Of a DNA stretch of 20,000 bases, positions 8,649 through 15,371 are shown piece after piece. The DNA lies in IMG/VR virus record IMGVR_UViG_3300033072_000717; one strand, 5' to 3'. A program made the translations under genes and the position numbers. The number at the start of each line of letters is the position of its first letter. The stretch's first letter is position 1. The DNA comes from an uncultured virus (IMG/VR IMGVR_UViG_3300033072_000717) (lineage: Duplodnaviria > Heunggongvirae > Uroviricota > Caudoviricetes). A model generated the notes under the pieces. That model was not told where the DNA came from, ran no database searches, and worked only from the letters and a program-made list of their open reading frames with translations.

Positions 8649-8972
8649 TTAGAGGGACATTGGGGTGTGCCACGCGTCGCCGAAGACCTCGCGGTCGTAG
8701 CGCTCCTCGGGCGTCTCGTCGTCCTCATCGAGCGGGTCGTCTTGCAGGTCGTCGCAGAGGCCACCGGCCAGCACGCCAGCGCACGGGCAGTCATTCGAGC
8801 ATCGGCAGTGCTTCGCCATGCTTTCGACCCACGCTTGATATTCGGGATCGTCCGGCATGTCGGGAGCCTCGGGAAGAAGAGCTGAACCAGGCGCCACACC
8901 CAATTCCGGGGCGCGGTCCGTTTCAGCTTCGGCGGGAGATTGCAGCGGGCGAGAGTCGTTCGGCGTATTCAT
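8649..8972 (-). CDS. Acidic Cys-cluster cassette protein
   Basis: HCRCSNDCPCAGVLAGGLCD motif and an acidic tail. ATGA-coupled start inside attC 8881-9011. Confidence 0.7.
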   Translation of the reverse strand: MNTPNDSRPLQSPAEAETDRAPELGVAPGSALLPEAPDMPDDPEYQAWVESMAKHCRCSNDCPCAGVLAGGLCDDLQDDPLDEDDETPEERYDREVFGDAWHTPMSL

Positions 8973-9011
8973 ATTTTCAGGCCCCGGAATTGGTGATCTT
9001 GGTGGTTCGGC
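8881..9011 (+). repeat. attC-like site
   Basis: GCTGAAC...CAC(C)CAATTCCGGGGC pairs with GCCCCGGAATTGGTG...GTTCGGC (15 bp with one bulge). Confidence 0.8.
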
Positions 9012-9433
9012 GGAAGCACCTCAGACGGGTGTCCGTATTTTTGCCACACGGGAGTCGGCTGTTTCTCTCTCGGTTCTAGCGTAGCCCGCAGTCGATCCAA
9101 GAACCTTGAGTCACCCGCCACGTCTGGATCGTCTTGCGCTTCGCAGTAATCGGATATTGCTACGCGGTATCGTGCAATCTCGGCGTCCAGTCGGACAATC
9201 TCGTGGTCATCCTTGGCCATTGCCGCGTCCATTTTTTCGAGCGTCTGGATTGCACGGAATAGCGTCAGCGTCACCGGGTGCTGATTTGCACGAAATTCGG
9301 CAGCCCACTCGCGGAGGTTATCCACAAGATAAGGCACGCCGAACAAGCGATCAGAGCCAACGCTGACAGCGGCTCCTTGGTTTTCGATAGTTGGATTTGT
9401 ATTCATGGGTTGAGAGTAGTTCTGCGCTGTCAT
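8969..9433 (-). CDS. Hypothetical cassette protein (coiled-coil-like)
   Basis: Start at 9433 or 9406, both inside attC 9338-9457. Ends PPNHQDHQFRGLKI* inside the next attC. Confidence 0.7.
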   Translation of the reverse strand: MTAQNYSQPMNTNPTIENQGAAVSVGSDRLFGVPYLVDNLREWAAEFRANQHPVTLTLFRAIQTLEKMDAAMAKDDHEIVRLDAEIARYRVAISDYCEAQDDPDVAGDSRFLDRLRATLEPREKQPTPVWQKYGHPSEVLPPNHQDHQFRGLKI

Positions 9434-9457
9434 CGTGGCTCACTCGCAGGGTTAGCT
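9338..9457 (+). repeat. attC-like site
   Basis: GCCGAAC AA GCGA..GAGCCA(A)CG.TGACAGCG pairs with CGCTGTCA.CGTGGCTC..TCGC AGG GTTAGCT. Confidence 0.85.
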
Positions 9458-9745
9458 GGCTTTCGCCTCGGCGGTTTCGCGCCGCAGAGGACACCAGTTT
9501 GGTTGTATGTCTTTTGACCCGATTTCGCGCCCATGTTCCAGCAGCCGCCCGCGTATCTCGCCTTGCTTCGCCGCAATCTTCGGGTCGTCAGACAGCGGTT
9601 CATCGTCGAAGGCTTCTGGATGTTTGCACACACAGTCGCAGGTGATTCCGTGGAGACGCGAGCAGAGCATGTTCGTGCGCTTCAGGTGTTCGCACGGCTC
9701 ACAGTGGCGTTCCGTTCTGGCCGGGATGTTGTGTGTCGTTGGCAT
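9452..9745 (-). CDS. Cys-rich hypothetical cassette protein
   Basis: HCEPCEH, CVCKHP and PNWCPL motifs. The TAA stop lies inside the core at 9451-9457. Confidence 0.75.
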   Translation of the reverse strand: MPTTHNIPARTERHCEPCEHLKRTNMLCSRLHGITCDCVCKHPEAFDDEPLSDDPKIAAKQGEIRGRLLEHGREIGSKDIQPNWCPLRRETAEAKAS

Positions 9746-10044
9746 TAGTCCTTTCGCATCGTGTCGAGCCAGCGGCAGAAGGCATCGTCACCGATTTCAT
9801 TGCAGATGACGGATTGCAGCATATCGCCGAGTTGATTCCACCCGATGTCATCACAGTCGAGATGGTGTTTCGCGTAGGCACAGAGGACGGCGTGCAGCAG
9901 CCGGTCGTTGCGGCCAGCGTGTTTGTTCAGTTCGTGGTAGTTCGGATTTGTGAGAGGTTCGACGCCAGCTAACAAAGCGGTGCAGCACAACTCGGCTTCG
10001 CGCTTGGCTTCGGACTTCGGTTTCTGGTTGGCGGTTGCGCTCAT
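9745..10044 (-). CDS. Hypothetical cassette protein
   Basis: TAATG-coupled to the downstream gene. ATGA-coupled start inside attC 9967-10101. Confidence 0.75.
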   Translation of the reverse strand: MSATANQKPKSEAKREAELCCTALLAGVEPLTNPNYHELNKHAGRNDRLLHAVLCAYAKHHLDCDDIGWNQLGDMLQSVICNEIGDDAFCRWLDTMRKD

Positions 10045-10101
10045 TTCATTCCTTCGCTTTCTGGTGTTCGGCCAGCCGAGTGGCTGACCTTATCGTTCGG
10101 C
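9967..10101 (+). repeat. attC-like site (best conserved)
   Basis: AGCTAAC AAAGC GGT(G)CAGC(A)CA(A)CTCGGCT pairs with AGCCGAG TG GCTG ACC TTATC GTTCGGC. This is a perfect stem with three unpaired bases in the left arm and 5-nt spacers. Confidence 0.9.
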
Positions 10102-10415
10102 CTATCGGGAATGACTTCGCCGCAGACCCAGCAATACACCTCGCCCTCGAATTGGTATTTCCTCGGATGCGTGCATTTGCCGCCGCCTACATCCACGTAG
10201 TCCGCCACACGCCGGCGGGCCGCGTGCAGTAGGTTGATCGAATCCGTCAGCCATGGGTGCGGCGGCATCGCGTCGATGATTTTCACGGCGTCCCAGATCG
10301 CCTTTTCGGCGGGCGTGAATTGGTCGATGCGGTCGCGGCGAATTGCCGAACCCTCGGCCACAGCACAACCGGCGTCTTTGTCCGGCTTGCGACTATTTTC
10401 AGTTGGATTTCGCAT
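10041..10415 (-). CDS. Hypothetical cassette protein with C-terminal CxH..CxxC motif
   Basis: 124-aa ORF with both ends inside attC-like sites. Confidence 0.75.
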   Translation of the reverse strand: MRNPTENSRKPDKDAGCAVAEGSAIRRDRIDQFTPAEKAIWDAVKIIDAMPPHPWLTDSINLLHAARRRVADYVDVGGGKCTHPRKYQFEGEVYCWVCGEVIPDRPNDKVSHSAGRTPESEGMK

Positions 10416-10469
10416 AGAGTGTTGGCGCGGCTTTAGCCCCGCGCCGGTGGCTGATCCGAACCGTTAGAT
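10345..10469 (+). repeat. attC-like site
   Basis: GCCGAAC..TCGG..CAGC(A)CA(A)CCGGCG pairs with CGCCGG TG GCTG..CCGA..GTTAGAT. Confidence 0.85.
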
Positions 10470-10685
10470 AAACTGAATCGGAAGTCTGTTCCACTTGCCG
10501 CACGACGGGCAGTTCGCCACCGCGCACTCGTCGTTTCGTCCGCGATTAAATGGGTAGTATCGGCGCGTTTCAAAGGGGCGCTTGCAGTTGCCGCAGATGA
10601 TCCCGGCCTTCGGGTTTCCCCAAAGACAGATATTCCACGCCTCGAAATGGGCGGCGTTGCAGAGTTGATCTTGGGTTATCGTCAT
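10464..10685 (-). CDS. Zinc-ribbon-like cassette protein
   Basis: ICGNC...NCPSCGKWN motifs. The TAA stop lies within the core at 10463-10469. Confidence 0.7.
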   Translation of the reverse strand: MTITQDQLCNAAHFEAWNICLWGNPKAGIICGNCKRPFETRRYYPFNRGRNDECAVANCPSCGKWNRLPIQFI

Positions 10686-10689
10686 AAGC

Positions 10690-10790
10690 ACCTAACAAAG
10701 CGCTGGGGACAATGCGGTCAGCTTTCACGCTGTCTTGTCGTGCAGGTTTATTTACGTTTGTTGATCTGGCGAAAGTTTCAGGTGTTCGGG
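10690..10790 (+). repeat. Degenerate or hybrid attC-like site
   Basis: ACCTAAC AAAG CGCTGG.. on the left and GTTCGGG at 10784. The inner arms do not pair. Confidence 0.45.
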
Positions 10791-11092
10791 CCGCGCGTCT
10801 CACCTTTGTCGTTCACCCTGCGTTTTTCGGCCCCGTAAATAACCTCCAGCGCCTTCCTTTGAAGCTCGGCGCGCTGTTCGGGCGTGTAGCTATTCATCCG
10901 CTTTCGCGCTTGCGCGCAGGCTCGCATGGTGCGCCGGTGCTGGTTGCGGCGGTGTGCGGCCATATCAACCAGATGGAACTCGCATCCGTCCGGGGTGCGG
11001 CGGGCAAAGCAGGAGAGGACCGCAATGAGCGCAGATTCTTTTGTTTTGGTCCCCTTAACGGTAAGGACGAACTGATGTTGTTTGATTTTCAT
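10778..11092 (-). CDS. Hypothetical basic protein
   Basis: 104-aa ORF ending GPNT* across the core at 10784. Confidence 0.65.
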   Translation of the reverse strand: MKIKQHQFVLTVKGTKTKESALIAVLSCFARRTPDGCEFHLVDMAAHRRNQHRRTMRACAQARKRMNSYTPEQRAELQRKALEVIYGAEKRRVNDKGETRGPNT

Positions 11093-11159
11093 GGAAATTA
11101 AAAGTGCTAACCAGTGGGTTCATAAAACGGCGGCGATCCTCTGTCTCGGTGCTCCGTGT

Positions 11160-11309
11160 TCACCCCATCCATCGGCGCAGCACCAGTTCAGCGGCCATCT
11201 CATCCGCGATCGCGCAGAAACGGTGCCAGTTGCGGCGGTTGCCAAAGGTTGATTTAACCTCGGGCAGTGCGTCGAAGAAGAAGTTCACCAAGCTTAGGTC
11301 GAATGCCAT
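11160..11309 (-). CDS. Small hypothetical protein (49 aa, MAFDLSLVNFFFDALPEV...)
   Basis: Read manually; it fills the gap in the minus-strand operon. Confidence 0.45.
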   Translation of the reverse strand: MAFDLSLVNFFFDALPEVKSTFGNRRNWHRFCAIADEMAAELVLRRWMG

Positions 11310-11319
11310 GTTTTGAGTT

Positions 11320-11577
11320 TTAAGGGGTGACCTGGCTCACCGTGACAGTCGGTTGGACCGAAGGCAAGAGCGGAAGGCGGATAAACCAGCCCGCTTCGTA
11401 CCAGGAGCCTTTGTATTTTTCAACGTGCTGCTTTGCGATGCGCACGTCAAAGGTGATGAAGTCGTTGATCGCTCGCTGGCCCGATGCGCAGTCGATGCCG
11501 GTGGTGTGCCCACACAAGAGCGCCGAACCCTCGGTTTCGCCCGGCGCCGCCTGGCGGTCTGGCTGGCCAACGCTCAT
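11320..11577 (-). CDS. Hypothetical protein, eroded cassette
   Basis: ATGA-coupled start. Carries the GCCGAACCCTCG left core at 11522 (the EGSA peptide seen in other cassettes). Confidence 0.6.
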   Translation of the reverse strand: MSVGQPDRQAAPGETEGSALLCGHTTGIDCASGQRAINDFITFDVRIAKQHVEKYKGSWYEAGWFIRLPLLPSVQPTVTVSQVTP

Positions 11578-11966
11578 CGCCCATTCCCCCCGACAAACTC
11601 CCGAATCCGCTTCGCGACCTCGGCTGGCGTGGTATAGCACCCTCGCGGGTATTGTGCAGACATAAAGAGCAAGCCGGCTTGCCGCAAATCAACCCCGAAG
11701 AAAGCCGTCACGGCTGCCCAGCTAACATGCCCTTTGTATTCTGGGACAGCCGTGTGCCGCTCGCGCTTCTTCAGTCGAAGCCCTGCCTTCTTAAACCCCG
11801 GGTGGGTTGTCGCCCAGCCAACTGCGCACGCGGTTGTCCCGCAGCCGCCAATGCGCTTGCCCTTCGGCTTGTGGGCCCAGCACGACAGGTCAAACTGCTC
11901 CTTGGGCACGGTGTCCAGCAGGTCGGCCAGCATGAGGAGCCGGCGGTGGGTGGCTTCGGTTTTCAT
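11574..11966 (-). CDS. Hypothetical phage protein (CGTTACAVGW motif)
   Basis: 130-aa ORF, ATGA-coupled at both ends. Confidence 0.75.
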   Translation of the reverse strand: MKTEATHRRLLMLADLLDTVPKEQFDLSCWAHKPKGKRIGGCGTTACAVGWATTHPGFKKAGLRLKKRERHTAVPEYKGHVSWAAVTAFFGVDLRQAGLLFMSAQYPRGCYTTPAEVAKRIREFVGGNGR

Positions 11967-12433
11967 TTCTCGTCGGGGGTTGGGCTATCGCCGTTCGGCC
12001 TGCTGCAAAGCGGGCGCAGGCACTCCTGGATCATTCCGATCGTCGTGGGGTCCGGCGCCCTCCTGCGCTCGTTCATCCACTCGACCAACTCATCCGCGTA
12101 TCGCTCGCGACAGCGTATCAAGTCCCGGGCTTCTGCGAGCGATACGCAGCAATCGGCCACATCCAGCCGCCGCGACAGCGCAACCAGCAGCCCCTCCGCC
12201 GACCCGGGCGTGAGCCCGAACGTGAGTTCGCAGGTTTTGCCGTCGTCGGTGGGCCGAAAGAAGCGGAGGCAGTAGCCGCCATGCTCCTTGATGCGCCAGA
12301 CTTCCACCCTCCGGCCTTCGCCGCAGTCCACCGTGATGCCGTCGGTCAGCGTGGCGTTCCTGATCCTGCCGATGTTGGCCTCGTGGAAGGGGACGGTCTC
12401 CGCCGTGTGTGACTCGATCAAATCCTTATTCAT
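11963..12433 (-). CDS. Hypothetical phage protein
   Basis: 156-aa ORF, the first large gene of the minus-strand operon. Ends RPNGDSPTPDEK* across GTTCGGC at 11993. Confidence 0.65.
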   Translation of the reverse strand: MNKDLIESHTAETVPFHEANIGRIRNATLTDGITVDCGEGRRVEVWRIKEHGGYCLRFFRPTDDGKTCELTFGLTPGSAEGLLVALSRRLDVADCCVSLAEARDLIRCRERYADELVEWMNERRRAPDPTTIGMIQECLRPLCSRPNGDSPTPDEK

Positions 12434-12722
12434 GCGGGCCTCCGATCTTGGGGCGCCACCCCCGCGCCCTCAGCATCAACCATGATCAGCTTTTTCATCG
12501 TGCCCAAGCCAAATCACAGGTGCGCCCATCCGTCAAGCGGTTTTTTGGGCCAGCTCCATCGCCAGCCCGCTTGCCCACCACCGCATCCTCCACCGCCAGC
12601 CCGCCCTCCCCCCAAGCCGCCCCCCAAGCCAATTTTCTCTGACGGCAAAATCCGCCGCCCCCTGCTATTGTAAAAATCCCGAGCATCCCGCTGACTCCCA
12701 CTGTGTTACCACCACTTTCGGC

Positions 12723-13186
12723 TGCAATTGTAAAATCTCGGAAGTAACCTCCCGGCGGTTTTGAAATGTAAAAGTCCTAAGTCGCTGATCATCAGGGCGG
12801 GGAAACCTCTCGTGATAGTTACTTCCGAGTTACTTCCGAGCCCTTTTTTTACACTTTTCTCTGACAGCAAAAAAGCTTCGGAAGTAACCTCCCGCCGAAA
12901 AACGGGCCAAAAACCGGGGCAGAAAGGCGGCCCGGAACTTCCACTACCGGATAGAGGGCAGCGACTTCCGTGAGCGGGGATCGGCGGCTGTGTGCAATTG
13001 TAAAATCTCGGAAGTAACTCGGAAGTAACTCGGAAGTAACTGCCCTTTTTGGGGCCAGACGGCGGCTCGTAAGTAACCCTCAGGCTGGCCCCCCCCTAAA
13101 GGGGGGGCCAGCACTGTAGGTAGTTACTTCCGAGCGCAGAACGCCGTCAAGACATGGCCGGGGGTTACTTCCGACTTTTTACAATT
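12723..13186. repeat. Cluster of ten 11-bp TCGGAAGTAAC repeats around a GC hairpin (candidate origin or operator array)
   Basis: + copies at 12738, 12878, 13008, 13019, 13030 and 13067 (1 mismatch); - copies at 12818, 12829, 13123 and 13164. Hairpin GCTGGC7/G7CCAGC at 13084-13112. Confidence 0.85.
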
Positions 13187-13687
13187 CAAACGGGGTGGGG
13201 AGCCAAAGCCCAGACTACGCCCAGAAATCACGCCAGAACCCCAGGATTGATGCGATGGCCAAACCAGGATGCCCCATTCCGCCAATCCTTTGAACCCAGG
13301 ATGAACTTTTCGGCATGTCGTGACCCCAGATACTCGGGATGCGTTAAACGCAGCGGAAATGGCCTTGGTGGGCGTGTTGGGTTTTGGGGCTGTTCCGCCG
13401 CTGCCCCTGCCCGCTGGTGCCACCCCGCCTGCTGATCAATTTCAAATCCGGGGGTCGAGAAAAGGGGTAGGGGGTGGATTCCGGCGAACGGAAAAGGGGT
13501 GGGCGTGTTGGGCGTCCTTAAAGGGGTTATCGAGAAGGGTTGGGGGGGTTGCTGCGGGTGGTCGAGCAGGGGGTGGTGGGTGGCCCCTGCCAGTCGCCCC
13601 GGCAGCCAGTCCCGGCGAGATCGCCGCGCGGCCGGCCTAGCCCGCCTGGCGAGCTGTTGAGACTGGCAGAGAGCAGTCATGCGGAAT

Positions 13688-13715
13688 ACTAGACATAATG
13701 ATTATTGTGCGAGGT
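13688..13715 (-). other. dif-like XerC/XerD recombination site
   Basis: Minus strand reads ACCTCGCACAA-TAATCA-TTATGTCTAGT, the 11-6-11 layout of E. coli dif GGTGCGCATAA-TGTATA-TTATGTTAAAT. Confidence 0.7.
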
Positions 13716-13856
13716 AGTCCACTTGTGCAAGTCAGTGCGAGCCAGTGCCTTGCGCTTGTTGAGACTGGCAAACGCGCGGGCTTGCGGCAAATGGCCCTAG
13801 TGTGCTAGGGGGAATCCCCTACGCGCCTGCAAGCCTAGCCGGATCAGCGCACGGCA

Positions 13857-14442
13857 CCAGGCGGCCGGTGCGGAACATGGCTTCCTCGGCGGTGATGTTC
13901 TCGGTCGGGTAGAACTCGATCCGGTCGATTTGGACGCGGTCGGCGTCCCAGTAATGCGGATTGCGCTCGACCGCGATGCGCTGGTTGCGGGCCCATTCGA
14001 CGAGGCGGTAGGGGCCGCTGCTGACGAAGCGCCCGGCGCGGGTCCAGGGCACGCTGCGCTGGTCGAGGGGTCCGTGGGACGTGATCGCGTGCAGGGGCAG
14101 GGGCCACCATGAGTAGTGGTTGGCCATGAGGCGGAGGAGGAAGGGGGTGGGGGAGTTGAGGGTGACGGTGACCGTGCTCTCGTCGGGAGCGGCGAAGCCG
14201 ACCTGGGACCAGTCGGTGAGCCGGCCCTTGTTGTAGGCCTCGGCGCCGACGACGAACCACAGGTGGTAGGAGTACTCGGAGCCGAGCGCGGGGGTGAGCA
14301 TGCGCCGGAAGGAGGCCACGATCTCGGAAGCGGTGATCGGGACGCCGTCGGACCACTTCAGGCCGGGACGGAGGTGGAAGGTGTAGACACGGCCGTCGGG
14401 GGAGATGTCCCAGCGTTCGGCGAGGCCCGGCTCGGGCTCGGC
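13857..14442 (-). pseudogene. oppA: Internal fragment of a bacterial peptide ABC transporter substrate-binding protein (SBP family 5, OppA-like)
   Basis: EPGLAERWDISPDGRVYTFHLRPGLKWSDGVPITA...SSGPYRLVEW...ERNPHYWD...AMFRTGRL. It has no start, signal peptide or C-terminal half. Confidence 0.9.
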
Positions 14443-14718
14443 TGAAAAGTAAGAGGGCTAGTTGAGATTGAATCTCAAAACGAGACATCAACATATTCGA
14501 ATACGTTGATACGTTCGCCCCCGTAGCCCACCAGGCCGGCGCCGAGATCAGCGCTGCCAGCCAGTCCCCGCAACGCTTGGCTAGTCCGCGCCAGTCCGCG
14601 CCAGTCATCGCTATCCCCAAACCAAAAAACAAGCCTAACGCACTGGTAGACAGATGGAAGCGCTCGAGGCCTGAAAATTAAGCTTGCGTCGCGCGGCAGG
14701 CGGGTGTTGGTGTCGGCC

Positions 14719-14895
14719 ATGGAAACTAACTCTCGGCTGATCACCCAGTACATCAGCCCGTGGCATTTCGGCCGCCGGACCAAGACGATCATCGACCGCG
14801 GCGCGTCGCGGGTCTGGATGGTCATGATCGAGCCCGGACGAGTTGAGTCAACCGAACCGCAACTGCTCAAGCGCGGCCACCCTGGCCGCGCTTGA
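14719..14895 (+). CDS. Possible small protein
   Basis: 58-aa ATG ORF with GC3-rich codons preceding the + strand cluster. Confidence 0.35.
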   Translation: METNSRLITQYISPWHFGRRTKTIIDRGASRVWMVMIEPGRVESTEPQLLKRGHPGRA

Positions 14896-14966
14896 GCGCG
14901 CCCTAGCCGCCACCTGCGAGCGCTACGACCACCCGTGACCCCTTAACCCGGTTTGAACCCCCACCC

Positions 14967-15371
14967 ATGAAAACCATCACATCCATCCTCCGGCGCCAAG
15001 CGCGCCTGGCCGATAAGGCGGCCGCCACCTCAGCGGCCAACGCGGCCGCCCTCCTCGCCGAGGTCGCCGACATCGACCGCCAGCTGCGCGGTTGGCGCGC
15101 GTTTGTGGCGGAGTTCGAGTCCGGCATCCTCGCCAAGTACTCCGGCAGCTGGTACGGCGAGGATAACGCCGGACCGATCGGCAAAGCCACCCTGCGCTCG
15201 GACGGGCGCATCGACTACGAGCCGGGACCTTATTCCCAAGATTACGCCGCCGCGCTGTGGCACTACGCGGGCCGGCACGGGTTGACCCTGGATGTAACCG
15301 GGCATCGCCTGCCGCGTGACGCGGACGAACTGGCGGCCGCGGCGTGGCTGGCGAACGGAGGTGCGTCATGA
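14967..15371 (+). CDS. Hypothetical early-region phage protein
   Basis: C-rich leader followed by ATGAAA, and an ATGA overlap with the next gene. Confidence 0.75.
   Translation: MKTITSILRRQARLADKAAATSAANAAALLAEVADIDRQLRGWRAFVAEFESGILAKYSGSWYGEDNAGPIGKATLRSDGRIDYEPGPYSQDYAAALWHYAGRHGLTLDVTGHRLPRDADELAAAAWLANGGAS

Larger units (their letters stand above)
7078..11580 (+). mobile_element. Integron-like gene cassette array (attC cluster, no integrase in window), ORFs antisense
   Basis: About 8 imperfect inverted repeats of 88-135 bp bounded by ..AAC and GTT.. cores, spaced about 250-650 bp apart, one per gene or gene pair. Each cassette's two core sequences are complementary. Confidence 0.8.

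Noticed and set aside
8600..8899. 99-aa minus ORF ending YQTPGSHINPR
   Set aside because: It is an alternative frame of the better gene 8649-8972. Its tail similarity to the 7079 ORF comes only from the duplicated head element.
7260..10469. Interpreting the hairpins as terminators or REP/MITE elements
   Set aside because: They have no U tracts, lie within coupled coding junctions, differ in sequence from each other, and show cassette-specific core complementarity.
12723..13186. CRISPR array
   Set aside because: The repeats are only 11 bp, occur in both orientations with irregular or zero spacing, and no cas genes are present.
12400..13800. ORFs of 60-150 aa in the repeat region
   Set aside because: They are low-complexity Pro/Gly-rich translations of repeats and G/C runs, without start signatures.
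13819..14319. Functional OppA as an auxiliary metabolic gene
   Set aside because: Homology continues upstream of the called start to about 14442. It lacks a signal peptide and the C-terminal half, so it is a fragment.
14583..14606. Short tandem repeat AGTCCGCGCC x2.4
   Set aside because: Too short to assign a function; likely slippage.
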